From an uncultured bacterium (lineage in GTDB: Bacteria > Patescibacteriota > JACMRA01): DNA of 64,000 bases. The translations under genes were made by a program, and so were the position numbers. Under the pieces are notes generated by a model. That model did no database searches, had not been told where the DNA came from, and saw only the letters and a list, made by a program, of their open reading frames with translations. The stretch is taken from the NCBI GenBank assembly GCA_963784355.1, contig CAWAQU010000012.1, positions 64,001-128,000 on the forward strand, in the 5' to 3' direction. This document shows positions 18,891 through 30,082 of this stretch, in pieces (position 1 is the first letter of the stretch; each line of letters opens with the position of its first letter).

Positions 18891-20219
18891 TTAACCCTTC
18901 GTAATTAACACTGCGATTCCACCAATCACGAGAATTACTGTTAAGATTACAATTATAATTCTCCAATTATTGTTCTGTACCTGAGGTAAGTTTGCCTCTG
19001 TTTTTTCAGATATTTTAGGGCTGTAAATTACCTCTATTGAATCGGTTGCCTCTGGAGCAAATTTAGTGAAATCTTTGTTTACAAGCTGCACTTTGATTGT
19101 CTTGCGCCCTTTAGTAAGATCAGTTAAACCAAGTTCATTTAAAGAAAATTCAGTTTCAGGAAATATAGTTTTTCTAGGAACTTCATCTACAAATATCTGT
19201 AAATACCCGGTTTTAGGTTCATTTTGCCCTTCTTTTCGCTCGGTCAGAATAGTAAAATTACTAACCTCTAAAATAAATTTTCTATCACCATCTACATTTA
19301 GATCTGTCCTATCTTTCCTTGGCTCGACTATGCTGACTTTAGGAAGACCTACGTTTAAGGAATTGTTATAGTTTGTTTGTATGATAAATTCGGATTGGTA
19401 GGGTAAGATTTCATCTGTAGTTTTTGCCAGCACAAAAATCAACTTAGTTTGAGTGCTATCAGCAACTTTCAGTTTTTCAAAATTTAGATCTTTTGTATTG
19501 AAGCGTACTTCTGATTGTGCGTTACCCAAATCCTTACTGGAGTTGAGATTCAATGCTAGATTGGAGGGTTTTACTTCATTATAGTATACTTGCAGATGGC
19601 CTCGATTTGGCTGGTTGCTTGGCTTACTTTCCAATGCAAAATTATCTAATTTTAAAGTTACATTGTAATCTATATTTTTACCCAATACTATGCCTGTTGA
19701 AGGTTCTAAAACATTAATTTTTGGGGGGTTAACTGTATTTTTATAATTAAAATAAAACAGGACTTTAGCACCTACTTTATTGTTGGAATCTATATATACA
19801 AATAAAATCTTATTTTCTCCATCAGTTAATCTTGAAACAATTTTATCAATCCCAAGTGGGCTGTTTCCGTACTCAGTAATTAGATTTGTATCTTTGGAAT
19901 CGTCGTCTTTATAAATTTTTAGATATCCGGCACCCTTTGAAGGAGTTGTTTTGTATTTTACATTTAAATCTACTCCGGACCATTTGTATTTTATGGCATC
20001 GTTTGCGGTTAAATCTCCACTGTATCTCCAGATATTTGTGCCAGCCTGTTTGGTATTCTCATCTTTTTGATCTTTTACAACCTTAGTTATACCTAAATTA
20101 ATGGTATTTGTGCTGGATTGTTGAGCTAAAGTAGAAATTTGAGAGCCTGTAATCAAAAGAATAACGAGGGAAAAACCTGCCGTTAAAATTTTAGGCAAAA
20201 AATTATGCTTCAAAAACAT
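18891..20219 (-). CDS. secreted beta-rich repeat-domain protein with C-terminal membrane anchor
   Basis: Signal peptide, repeated P-K-(I/V)-x-(V/I)-x-E-P and G-(Y/H)-L-x-(I/V)-(Y/F) modules, C-terminal TM. Confidence 0.65.
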   Translation of the reverse strand: MFLKHNFLPKILTAGFSLVILLITGSQISTLAQQSSTNTINLGITKVVKDQKDENTKQAGTNIWRYSGDLTANDAIKYKWSGVDLNVKYKTTPSKGAGYLKIYKDDDSKDTNLITEYGNSPLGIDKIVSRLTDGENKILFVYIDSNNKVGAKVLFYFNYKNTVNPPKINVLEPSTGIVLGKNIDYNVTLKLDNFALESKPSNQPNRGHLQVYYNEVKPSNLALNLNSSKDLGNAQSEVRFNTKDLNFEKLKVADSTQTKLIFVLAKTTDEILPYQSEFIIQTNYNNSLNVGLPKVSIVEPRKDRTDLNVDGDRKFILEVSNFTILTERKEGQNEPKTGYLQIFVDEVPRKTIFPETEFSLNELGLTDLTKGRKTIKVQLVNKDFTKFAPEATDSIEVIYSPKISEKTEANLPQVQNNNWRIIIVILTVILVIGGIAVLITKG

Positions 20220-20354
20220 AAACTAATATATTAAAGCTTGGACTTAAAACTAATTTAGTCAAGTAATGTTAAATTGCTGTAAAGTTATTTGTTGGAACTA
20301 TATTAATTATGATCAGTATTGACTCTTACAATAAATTTTGTATATTGTTATTTT

Positions 20355-23021
20355 ATGGCTGAGATTAAGCAATTAACAAATACTAATTATTATAATCTGA
20401 CAGTACCCCAAGTTATAGATAATTTTGATTCAAGTCCAGATCAAGGATTAAATCAAGAGGAAGCAGATAGAAAGCTAGAACAGTATGGTAGTAACAGTCT
20501 AAGTCTCAAAAAAATAAAAACACCATTTCAAATGGTACTAGATCAGTTAAAAAATCCTTTGATCTTAATTTTATTATTTGTAATTGCTATTAAAACCGTT
20601 AATCTTCTAGCTGATAGTATAAACAAAAGCTTGAGCGTCCAAAGTTTGATAGAGATAATTATGGTAGCTGTGGTTGTCTTGATCAGTATTTGGGTTGGTG
20701 TTTCTCAAGAGCTTAGTGCAGAAAAATCCCTAGAAAAATTACGCTCACAGGTTAAGTTTTTCACTAGAGTATTAAGAAGTGGCAAACTAGAAGAGATAGA
20801 CGCAAATCAAATCGTATATGGTGATATTCTAATATTAGAATCAGGGGATAGGGTACCTGCAGACTGTAGAGTAATAGAGTCTATAAATGGACAGGTAAAT
20901 GAGTCTTTACTTACGGGGGAGTCTGAAGAAGTTGCAAAAACGTCGGATAAAATGGACAGTTTGAAGCCTATACCTGCTGAGCAAAAAAACATGATATTTG
21001 CCGGGACAAGCATGGTAGGAGGAAAAATTAAAGCCGTTGTATGTAAAATTGGACGTGAAACAGAATTTGGTAAAATTTCTCAAGAACTGGAGAATTCTAA
21101 ACCTGAAGATACTAAGTTTCAAAAACAAGTTAAAAGCTTACTAACCAATCTTACTATTTTGTCGGGGGCTGCCTTTATTTTACTTGAGATTTTATATATT
21201 TTTGTGTTGAAATTAGACACACTACGATCAGTTGAAACTGGTTTAGCGCTAGTTATTTCTTTTATTCCTGAGGCTCTATCTGCCGTGACCGTGATCGTAC
21301 TTTCTATTTCAGCTGCAAATTTGGTAAAAAAAGGTATAATTGTAAAAAATTTAGCTTCGGCAGAGGGGATGGGCTCGGTAAACATATTTTTAACGGATAA
21401 AACCGGAACTATTACTCAAGGTAAAATGAGTATTGAGGAGCTTTGGTTTTTGGACGGTCCAGTAAAAAGTATGGATTTTAAGGCGCATGGTACTCGGGAG
21501 TCTAAAATTTTGGAGATATTGCGTTTTTGTAACAATTCAAAAGGTGCGACTGAAGAAGCGTTGACAAATTTTGTTAAACTGCATGGTTTCGAGCCAGAAT
21601 TTTTTAATCGAAAAGCCGAATATAATTACAACTCTACTACTAAAAGAATGACGGTGGTACGTGAAAACAATGGTCAACACTCTGCTTATGTGAAAGGTGC
21701 AGGAGAAGTACTGTTGGAAATGTGCCATTTTTACTATGATCATAAAAGCAATGCAGAAATTAGTTTAAACAAAGAGATCTCAAAGCAAATTTTGAATCAG
21801 ATTGAAGATTATGCTTCTAAAGGATTGAGAGTTTTGCTATTGGCTTACAGAGACTATCATCCCGATCATGAGTTTGGAAATAGGGAAAAAGATGAAGCAA
21901 AATTAGTATTTACAGGTCTGATATGTCTTTTGGATCCTCTTAGAGATGAAGTGTTTGAAACTGTAGAAAAATTTAATTCAGCAGGAATTGACCTGGTAAT
22001 GATAACAGGTGATCATCCTAATATTGCAGGGTATTTAGCTCAAAAAGCCGGTATAATAAAAGAGCAGGGAAACGTTATTACTGGCGCTGAATTGGAAAAT
22101 TATATCACATATGAGATAAAAGATTTACCGAAAGATGTAGTAACAAAGCTTATTAATACTCATGTATTTGCTAGAGTCACTCCAAAACACAAAGAATTTC
22201 TAGTAGAACTTTTTAAAGCAAATGGTAAAATAGTTGCTATGGCCGGAGATGGGGTAAATGATGCTGTAGCTATCAAAAAAGCTAATATCGGAATTGCAGT
22301 TAAAAATGCTGTTGATTGGGTACGTGATATTGCCGGGATTGTTGTGACAGGCGGATTTGATGCACTCATCCAAGCTATTGAAGAAGGTCGCAAAATTATT
22401 TATAGAGCTAGGCTTTTTAGCCACTACCTGTTATCTGGCAATATTTCCCAAGTAGGAATTTTTGTTTTGATATCTTTAACTTCCGGTAATCCACCACTGA
22501 CCTCATTGCAGCTATTGGTTATCAATCTATTAACTGATACCTTGCCGGCATTAGCATTAGCTTACGAGAAAGTTCCGGTAACCATTATGGAAGAAAAGCC
22601 TGAATCCAGTAAAACCAATTTGATAAATAAATCCATTTGGACATCTATAATTATTCAAGGATCCCTTGCAAGCTTGTTTTTGTTTCTAGTATTTGAAACT
22701 TTTGAAAATAAAGGTCTAGTATATGCCCAAACGACTGTATTTCTAGCCTATTTATGTCAAAAACTATATCGTGCTTTTACAGCCAGATCCTTCACTCAGT
22801 CTATATTTGAAATTGGTCTGTTTAGCAACAAAATGACAGTTTATTCTGTGTTTGGAAGCATATTTGTAGCCTTTATGTTGATAGGTCCGCTATCTAATTT
22901 TGTAGGTATGTCTCGGGTGAGTTTAGAGGATTTTAGATTTATAGCATTGTCAGCTTTCAGTATTCCGGTTTTTGAAGAAATTTTTAAGTTTGTTAGAAAA
23001 CAGGTGGCCAAATCAAGATAG
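20355..23021 (+). CDS. cation-transporting P-type ATPase (type II-like)
   Basis: LTGES, IPEAL, DKTGT, KGA, MITGD, GDGVND; ATG 20355 preferred. Confidence 0.93.
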   Translation: MAEIKQLTNTNYYNLTVPQVIDNFDSSPDQGLNQEEADRKLEQYGSNSLSLKKIKTPFQMVLDQLKNPLILILLFVIAIKTVNLLADSINKSLSVQSLIEIIMVAVVVLISIWVGVSQELSAEKSLEKLRSQVKFFTRVLRSGKLEEIDANQIVYGDILILESGDRVPADCRVIESINGQVNESLLTGESEEVAKTSDKMDSLKPIPAEQKNMIFAGTSMVGGKIKAVVCKIGRETEFGKISQELENSKPEDTKFQKQVKSLLTNLTILSGAAFILLEILYIFVLKLDTLRSVETGLALVISFIPEALSAVTVIVLSISAANLVKKGIIVKNLASAEGMGSVNIFLTDKTGTITQGKMSIEELWFLDGPVKSMDFKAHGTRESKILEILRFCNNSKGATEEALTNFVKLHGFEPEFFNRKAEYNYNSTTKRMTVVRENNGQHSAYVKGAGEVLLEMCHFYYDHKSNAEISLNKEISKQILNQIEDYASKGLRVLLLAYRDYHPDHEFGNREKDEAKLVFTGLICLLDPLRDEVFETVEKFNSAGIDLVMITGDHPNIAGYLAQKAGIIKEQGNVITGAELENYITYEIKDLPKDVVTKLINTHVFARVTPKHKEFLVELFKANGKIVAMAGDGVNDAVAIKKANIGIAVKNAVDWVRDIAGIVVTGGFDALIQAIEEGRKIIYRARLFSHYLLSGNISQVGIFVLISLTSGNPPLTSLQLLVINLLTDTLPALALAYEKVPVTIMEEKPESSKTNLINKSIWTSIIIQGSLASLFLFLVFETFENKGLVYAQTTVFLAYLCQKLYRAFTARSFTQSIFEIGLFSNKMTVYSVFGSIFVAFMLIGPLSNFVGMSRVSLEDFRFIALSAFSIPVFEEIFKFVRKQVAKSR

Positions 23022-23112
23022 TTATTTTTATAGTTGATTGGTATTTAGATCTCAATACTATGCACATTAGTGCTTGACACTCCCAATGAATAGTGCATTA
23101 TTTAGGTATCAA

Positions 23113-24385
23113 TATGGATTACATTAAAAAGACTGATACCATACATATTTTGTCACAGCCCCTTGATCGAAAAAAAGTTGAGATTGAAGTGATTTATACT
23201 AGTGGCGGAAGTTGGTTTGAAGATGAGGCGGATAGAGGTAAAAAACATCTTTTAGAGCATTGTATTGCTTCCAGAACGAAGGATTTGAGTTTTCAAGAAT
23301 TAAAAGATTACGAATATAGAGAAAATGTTATGCTTAATGCCTATACACAGCCGATTACAATGGGTTTAACAGCCAGCGGACATCATTCTGATTTTCATAA
23401 AATGGTTGATTTGCTTCTAGAAATGGCTTTTAAACCTACTTTTGAGCAGGGTATATTGGATAAGGAAAAAGAAATAGTACTTAGGGAAATCAGCGAAAGG
23501 CGTGGCGAGCCAGGCTATAGACTTCATTTTGATACAATGAAAGAGATTTTTACCGAAAATTCATATTCTAATCATGAGGTTTTAGGAGATAGTGATAGAG
23601 TTGCTGAAACTACGTTAGCTGACTTTACTAAACTGCACCTACAAAACTTGGAAAAAAGTAATATTATTGTAATGATAAGCGGTGGTGGAATTGATCTAAA
23701 CTATTTAAACCAAAAGCTTGATGAATATATCGCTAAGTTGCCTGAATTAAAAAGCGAAAAAGTGAAAACACCCATAAATTTTCAGGCTAAAAATACTTTT
23801 AAAGATTTTACATACTTACCTGTAATTCATGAGCTTGCTCATAGCCATGCTGAACTAAATACCTTTCTTCCTTGCAAAATTGATTTTGAAAATAAGCCGG
23901 TATTACAAGTGTTTGAAAACTTGTTTCTAAAATATGGTGGTGTATTATATGATAGATTGAGAGATGAATTGGGGCTTGTCTATGGACTTCAAAGCAATTT
24001 TGATTACAATTTGCAAGTACTAGATATTTATTTATCTTGTGAAATTCAATATATTGAGACAATTGTAAATGAAATCAAGGCAGTATTTAGTGATTTTGAG
24101 AAACATTTTAATATTACTAAGTTTGATGAGTTCAAAAATATAATAAAGAAAAAACTGGATATTTCCCAAGATACTCTAGGTGCATCTACAAATTTTACTT
24201 TAAGTATGCTTAGAATATATGGAACTCCCGAGAATTATGATGATTACGCAGAAAGATTGCTAAAAGTGACCGAAAAAGACATTAGAGAAGTTTACGACTA
24301 CATCCAAAGTAATCTTAAAAATATCAAAATTGTAGTTGTTAGCAAAGATGCTGAGATCGAAAAAATTAAGGAGATGAAGTTCTAG
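23113..24385 (+). CDS. M16 family zinc peptidase
   Basis: HLLEH inverted zincin motif, NAYT, LRDELGLVY. Confidence 0.88.
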
Positions 24386-24432
24386 TTTAACTTTGCTGCT
24401 ATAATCGTAATTATTTCTTTATAGTAAATCAA

Positions 24433-26049
24433 CTACTTACTTAACCCCTTCCACCAGATTCCCCAGCCCCAGGCATAATCATCTATTTGCCAGCCTTCTT
24501 TTAGTACTTCTTGTCTAATTTCATCAGCTTTTTGGTAATTCTTTGTTTTCTTTGCAGTCCATCTTTCTTCAGCTAAGTTTAAGATTTCTTCAGGTAGGTT
24601 TAGTTCAAATAAATTTAATTTAAGTAATTTTGAATCAAATTCGGACAGAAGTTTATGGTCTTGGATAGATAAAATATTTTGATTTTGAATACGGTTGACT
24701 ATTGTGTGTAAAAATTCTTGATACTCTTCCAAAAATTTAGGCAGATTTAAATCTTCAGTCAAAATTTCTAACCATCTATTTTTAACGGCTAGATATTTAT
24801 TTTCATTCATGCTTTCCAGCTCCGGTGACTGAGCAAAAGATCGAATTTTGGCTATCTCTTTTCTAATATTAAAAAGCCTATTTTGAGATTGTTCCAATTT
24901 TTCCCATGTAAAATTCATTTGCTCATTATAGTGGTGTTCTAAAAGCATTAGGCGATATGCTAGCGGATCAAAACCTTTTTCTATTAAATCAAATACAGTA
25001 TAGGTTGTACCGGAACTTTTGCTCATTTTAGCACCGTCAATTAGTACATGTTTCCAATGTAGCCAGTTTTTCGATAAATGATATCCTAAGGCCTCAGTCT
25101 GTAAAATTTCATTTTTGTGGTGCATGGAAATGTGCTCTTCACCTCCTGAGTGCACGTCAATCAAGTAAGGTTTTTCACTAAAATTTTTGCTACCACCATT
25201 AAAATGTATTTTAGTATTGGTCAAAATATCAAAAATCATTGCTACACACTCACTGTGCCATCCAGGACAGCCCCATTTTAATTCAAATTCATCATTTCTG
25301 TACTCTTCTGAATTTTTTACATCAATTATCAAATTAAATATTTCTTGGCTAAAACTTGAGCTATCCGAACTTGTATAATCGTCAAATTTCCATTTTTGTA
25401 AACTACTTTCATCTACAAATTTCCAAAGTGCAAAGTCAGCTGGATTTTTGTCGGTATTCTTTATTTCTCTACCTGTAAAATCATTATTACCTCCAGATTT
25501 GGACATTCCCGCAAATTTCTCGAGCTGCTCAATATCTGATTTATTTGCATTATGATCAAAATAAATTCCATCTTCAAGTATGTAAGCTTTTCCCATTTTT
25601 ATCAAAGTTAGAGCTAAAATCATCTGCTGCTCTATAAATTCCGTAGCTTTTGGTCTAAATTTTCCTGAAGGTAGAGTAATATTTAATTGTTTTGCTTGGT
25701 CCAAATAATTATTTAAGTAAAAATTTACAATTTCCTCTACAGTTTTCCCTTCCCTTTTAGCTCCTTTTTCAATCTTATCCTCGCCATAATCACCATCACC
25801 AACTAAGTGACCCACATCAGTAATATTATGTACAAGTTCTACCTTCCAGCCTGCAAGTTCTGCCACACTTTTAAAAGTATCTGGAAACCAGGCAGCTCGC
25901 ATATTTCCTATTTGTTGGGTACTGTAAACAGTTGGCCCACAGGAATACATTTTAATTACTCCTGGCACCACTGTATTTTCCGGTGAAAGAACGACATCTT
26001 TTTTTTGATATGAGTCAAAGAAGCTTATTGGGTAGATATTTTGTTCCAT
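24433..26049 (-). CDS. cysS: cysteine-tRNA ligase
   Basis: CGPTVY, NITDVGH, DFALWK, PGWHSEC, KMSKS, ADEIR. Confidence 0.95.
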   Translation of the reverse strand: MEQNIYPISFFDSYQKKDVVLSPENTVVPGVIKMYSCGPTVYSTQQIGNMRAAWFPDTFKSVAELAGWKVELVHNITDVGHLVGDGDYGEDKIEKGAKREGKTVEEIVNFYLNNYLDQAKQLNITLPSGKFRPKATEFIEQQMILALTLIKMGKAYILEDGIYFDHNANKSDIEQLEKFAGMSKSGGNNDFTGREIKNTDKNPADFALWKFVDESSLQKWKFDDYTSSDSSSFSQEIFNLIIDVKNSEEYRNDEFELKWGCPGWHSECVAMIFDILTNTKIHFNGGSKNFSEKPYLIDVHSGGEEHISMHHKNEILQTEALGYHLSKNWLHWKHVLIDGAKMSKSSGTTYTVFDLIEKGFDPLAYRLMLLEHHYNEQMNFTWEKLEQSQNRLFNIRKEIAKIRSFAQSPELESMNENKYLAVKNRWLEILTEDLNLPKFLEEYQEFLHTIVNRIQNQNILSIQDHKLLSEFDSKLLKLNLFELNLPEEILNLAEERWTAKKTKNYQKADEIRQEVLKEGWQIDDYAWGWGIWWKGLSK

Positions 26050-26140
26050 ATTTTTGTGGTATAATTGCTCAGATTAAGTCGGAAAATCCTAATTTTGTAA
26101 AGGTTAAAATTTCAGTGAAATTATTTTTCTTAAATTGCTT

Positions 26141-27316
26141 TTATTCCTCAAAATAATTCTGATTTTTCAGCTCATCTGGCATACATTGTTGATCAGACTT
26201 TTTATTTTCTAAATTATGGTCATACTGATAGCCTTTTCCATAGCCTATTTCTTTCATAAATTTTGTAGGTGCATTACGGAAGTGTAGGGGAACAGGTAAA
26301 TGACCATACTTTTTTATATCTGCTTTAGCTCTGGATACTGCTTCATAGCTAGAATTATTTTTTGGGCTTTTAGCTAAATACTCTGCAAGTTGGGCTAATG
26401 CAGTTTCACATTCCGGCATTCCTAGTCTTTCACAAGCGGAGTATGCTTGGTTGGCAAGTAGGAGGGCATTGGGATTAATATTTCCTATATCCTCACTAGC
26501 AAATCTAAGTAATCTTCTGGCAACGTACAATGGGTCCTCACCGGCAGCAAGCATACGCATGACCCAATATACTCCAGCCGTAGGATTACTAGATCTCAGG
26601 CTCTTGTGGACAGCCGAAATCAGATTGTAATGCTCCTCTCCATTTTTATCGTAAAGTAAACTTCGTTGAGCAGCTTGTTCAATATTTTGTCTATCAAGTT
26701 TTTCAGGATCCAAATTTTTGACTATTTCTAATGTATTTAAAGCAAACCTTAAATCTCCGTAGGACAAATCTGCAATGTAATCTAGCAACTCAATATCTAT
26801 TTTCAAATTCAAGGTATCTCTAGATTTTTTGAGTACTTTTAAAATATTTTCTTTGGTATGAGGATTAAAGATAAAAACTCTACTTCGAGATAAAAGTGGT
26901 GCAATAATACTAAAACTCGGATTTTCAGTAGTGGCGCCAATCAATACTACGGTTCCGTTTTCCACATAGGGGAGCAGGGCGTCTTGTTGGGATTTATTCC
27001 AGCGGTGAATTTCATCAATAAAAATAATCGTATTTTTCCCTTGAATTCTGTTTTCCTCTGCAATCTTTATAGCTTTTTTAAAATCCTCCTTGCCCTCCAT
27101 GACAGCTGAAATTGTTATTATTTCTGAGCCTGTTTCTGAAGCTACCAATCTTGCCAAAGTTGTTTTTCCACTAGCAGGCGGTCCCCAAAATACCATGCTC
27201 GGAATATTTTTAATTTTGATTAGTTGATAAATAATACCGTTTTCTCCAACTAAATGATCTTGGCCCACAAATTCTTCCAAGCTTTTTGGTCTCAATATTT
27301 CGGCTAAAGGAGTCAT
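26141..27316 (-). CDS. rarA: replication-associated recombination protein A (MgsA/RarA)
   Basis: PLAEILRP, GPPASGKTT, DEIHR, GATTENP, SEDIG, VPLHFRNAPT. Confidence 0.95.
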   Translation of the reverse strand: MTPLAEILRPKSLEEFVGQDHLVGENGIIYQLIKIKNIPSMVFWGPPASGKTTLARLVASETGSEIITISAVMEGKEDFKKAIKIAEENRIQGKNTIIFIDEIHRWNKSQQDALLPYVENGTVVLIGATTENPSFSIIAPLLSRSRVFIFNPHTKENILKVLKKSRDTLNLKIDIELLDYIADLSYGDLRFALNTLEIVKNLDPEKLDRQNIEQAAQRSLLYDKNGEEHYNLISAVHKSLRSSNPTAGVYWVMRMLAAGEDPLYVARRLLRFASEDIGNINPNALLLANQAYSACERLGMPECETALAQLAEYLAKSPKNNSSYEAVSRAKADIKKYGHLPVPLHFRNAPTKFMKEIGYGKGYQYDHNLENKKSDQQCMPDELKNQNYFEE

Positions 27317-27372
27317 AAATTTAGATTACAAATTAAATAACAATTTGACAATATATCTTTCAAAGCTTACTT

Positions 27373-27765
27373 ATGCAAAATATGTCAGATACACAAAATA
27401 TTTACACATTAAGCAACGGATTAATCATTGAAGATATAATCGTAGGTACTGGAAATGAAGTGCAACAGGGAGATACAATTAAGGCTCATTACACAGGTAC
27501 ACTTGAAAATGGAGATTTATTTGATACTTCCAAAGGTAGAGGTAAATTTACCACCAAGATTGGGGTAGGTATGGTTATACCTGGATGGGACATAGGTATT
27601 CCAGCTCTTACTGTTGGTGAAACTAAAATTCTAGGCTTAAAAGAAGGTGGTAAAAGAAAATTGACCATTCCAGCAGCTTTAGCTTATGGGGACAATGATT
27701 TACCAGGTATTCCTGCAGGTTCTACTCTAATTTTTGAAATTGAAGACGTGGAAATTTTGAAATAG
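27373..27765 (+). CDS. FKBP-type peptidyl-prolyl isomerase
   Basis: HYTGTLENG, FDTS, VIPGWD, LAYG, IPAGSTLIFEI. Confidence 0.93.
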   Translation: MQNMSDTQNIYTLSNGLIIEDIIVGTGNEVQQGDTIKAHYTGTLENGDLFDTSKGRGKFTTKIGVGMVIPGWDIGIPALTVGETKILGLKEGGKRKLTIPAALAYGDNDLPGIPAGSTLIFEIEDVEILK

Positions 27766-27768
27766 GTT

Positions 27769-28080
27769 TTAATCTATAGGCTGACCAACTTTTTCGGATT
27801 TCATAATTACGAATCTTTTTCCGTACTCAACAGGATCGATTCCAAGTGTCGAATATTTTGTTGAATATATTTGTACTTGCCTATTAATAAATCTTTCGGC
27901 ATTATCTCTAGTTTTAAAATCTGTTCCCGATCTAGGTGTAAATCTTTTATTCGGTTCATCACTAGTTACAATATAATAACCATTTCCCTCCGGCACAAAT
28001 TCATAAGGATTAGGTTGGTTTTGGCGTTGTGTATTATCGCCTGAATTCAAATTATTATAACTCTCCATACATTGTATCAA
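27769..28080 (-). CDS. hypothetical protein (probable start ATG 28068)
   Basis: ORF with its own TTGACA upstream; no recognisable motif. Confidence 0.55.
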   Translation of the reverse strand: MIQCMESYNNLNSGDNTQRQNQPNPYEFVPEGNGYYIVTSDEPNKRFTPRSGTDFKTRDNAERFINRQVQIYSTKYSTLGIDPVEYGKRFVIMKSEKVGQPID

Positions 28081-28142
28081 ATAGCAGAATTATAATATGA
28101 TGTCAAAAAATGAACAATTATAAAAAATTAATAAATCAATGT

Positions 28143-28508
28143 TTAAACACTATACTCCTTAACCCTCTCAACATCCTCTTTTATTTGCTCAATTAACTCA
28201 TCAACTGAGTCAAAATTTTGCATGTCCCTGATTTTCTGGACTAATTCCAACTCTACTTCCTCGCCATAAATATCTTCTGAAAAATCTAAAATATAGCTTT
28301 CCACAGTCTCTTTAGTTTCACCAAAAACATAGGCAGGACCTACACTAGTAGCGGCTTTATAGATTTTGCCCTGACCTGAAATTTTTATACAAGAAATAAA
28401 CACTCCGTGTTTGAGTGTTAAGTTTTCTTTGGGTAAAATATTTGCAGTGGGAAATCCGATTTGCCTACCCATTTGCCTACCTTTTACAACAGTACCCTTA
28501 ATTATCAT
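28143..28508 (-). CDS. riboflavin kinase (stand-alone C-terminal RibF domain)
   Basis: GRQIGFPTAN, VESYILDF, IYG, F-x-S-x-DELIEQIKED. Confidence 0.9.
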   Translation of the reverse strand: MIIKGTVVKGRQMGRQIGFPTANILPKENLTLKHGVFISCIKISGQGKIYKAATSVGPAYVFGETKETVESYILDFSEDIYGEEVELELVQKIRDMQNFDSVDELIEQIKEDVERVKEYSV

Positions 28509-28525
28509 GAGGGTTTAAATAAAAT

Positions 28526-29206
28526 TTAGAAATAATCTTTTTCTCCTCCATCTGGTCTATTTTTGTCATCAATTTGAAATTCATTTAACGCATCCAATTC
28601 AGCTGGTACACTACTAATACTGTCAAATTTATCTTCAACCTTTGCATCACTACCCCCCGATTTTACTACATTAATAAATGCTCCCCAAGTAGCCGTTCCT
28701 TCTCTAGGTACATAAATTGCTACTTCATCTCCGGGTTGTAACCCCAGCTGCTTCATGGCATAAGTCGCACTAGCTTTAAGAACTTTGATTGAATTTGCAA
28801 ATTTATCTACTAAAACTACAAAGTTATCACCTTCAATAGCAAAGGTACCGGTTACTCTTTCTCTATTTACAGGTTGAATTAGCTTAAATATCTCTCTTTC
28901 AGGTGTCAAAATCCATTTCATTCTATCTCCAACTACCAGTTGGGTTTTGCTGGCATAATTTTGAGGTACTAGATATGTTTTTCCGTTATCACCGATCATG
29001 TTTTCACCGTCAAAGTGACCTTCTACAACCTCAAGTGCACCTGATTCTTCAGTATTTTTGATTGAGGAAGTAGTTCTTGTATCTGTAGTTAGTCTAACAC
29101 CTCCTTTTTCCTGACCGGCTTGAAGCAATAGAGCCTTAGCGGTTTTCAAGTTTGTCTCGGCTATTTCTATTAAATTTAAAGCAGTTTCGATTTTTTTTGC
29201 TGACAT
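28526..29206 (-). CDS. conserved hypothetical protein
   Basis: EGHFDGENM...YLVPQNYASKTQLVVGD pattern that I recognise from CPR-type hypothetical proteins. Confidence 0.7.
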   Translation of the reverse strand: MSAKKIETALNLIEIAETNLKTAKALLLQAGQEKGGVRLTTDTRTTSSIKNTEESGALEVVEGHFDGENMIGDNGKTYLVPQNYASKTQLVVGDRMKWILTPEREIFKLIQPVNRERVTGTFAIEGDNFVVLVDKFANSIKVLKASATYAMKQLGLQPGDEVAIYVPREGTATWGAFINVVKSGGSDAKVEDKFDSISSVPAELDALNEFQIDDKNRPDGGEKDYF

Positions 29207-29273
29207 ATATATTTTGGTAAATTAATCTGTTTTTGTTTTATGTAAAAAAATGTTATTTTCTTGAATTGTCAAA

Positions 29274-29993
29274 TTAAACACAGCATTGTTCTCTGAGATG
29301 ATTTGTAATTAAAGCAGTATTTGCAAATTGTTTATTGTTCAAATAATTTGTATTTATCTGATAAAGCAAATCTAAAACAATCTTATTTGGTTGCAATTCA
29401 GGATGCCTTAAAGCTGTAAGCCCTGTATTAATATAACTTACAAAAAGTGGCGAGAGCATAAAATTCATAAAGTAGCTTCGCTTTATATTTAAGTCGGTTA
29501 CTTTATCAAAAGCTTTAGTTAGATTTTTTGTGAAATCTTGAATAATTTGCTCCTGATTATCATTCAAACCAAAGCTTATATGTTTTGAAGTTAGCTGCTG
29601 CAATTGCGCGGGGTGATAAAAATCAAGTAAATTTTCCAATGGCTTTACTGATTCTCCTGTAATTGCTTGCGGACTTGGTGCTCCTAAAATTTGAGGTTGA
29701 TTTAACACGCTTGTGCTAACTGGAGTTTTTTCTTTTTTAGGCAAGATAGCCCCTGCAATTTTATCTACAAAATTAGGCTCTTTAGTGTCACTAGGTTTTT
29801 CAGATTCAAAAAACTTGGCTCTCATGATCTGCAAGGATTGCAAGATTGCCGGAGCTTGCCCATGAGTAAGACTTTGCTGCAATTTAAGCTTTTCCAGTGG
29901 ACTTAGGTTATTTAATCTTTGTATCAAAAAATTTTTATCCCCTGCGCCCAAGAAAGGAGTTTTAGAAATTAAATCAATCAAATGTTGATCCAT
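29274..29993 (-). CDS. hypothetical protein
   Basis: 239-aa ORF with an upstream TTGAC-like -35. Confidence 0.7.
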   Translation of the reverse strand: MDQHLIDLISKTPFLGAGDKNFLIQRLNNLSPLEKLKLQQSLTHGQAPAILQSLQIMRAKFFESEKPSDTKEPNFVDKIAGAILPKKEKTPVSTSVLNQPQILGAPSPQAITGESVKPLENLLDFYHPAQLQQLTSKHISFGLNDNQEQIIQDFTKNLTKAFDKVTDLNIKRSYFMNFMLSPLFVSYINTGLTALRHPELQPNKIVLDLLYQINTNYLNNKQFANTALITNHLREQCCV

Positions 29994-30082
29994 ACTAATT
30001 ATAATTATGCTGTATTAAACAAATTTGGTCAATTTCTTGCCAAAACATAATTTTAAGGATATAATTAATACATACAAAATAC

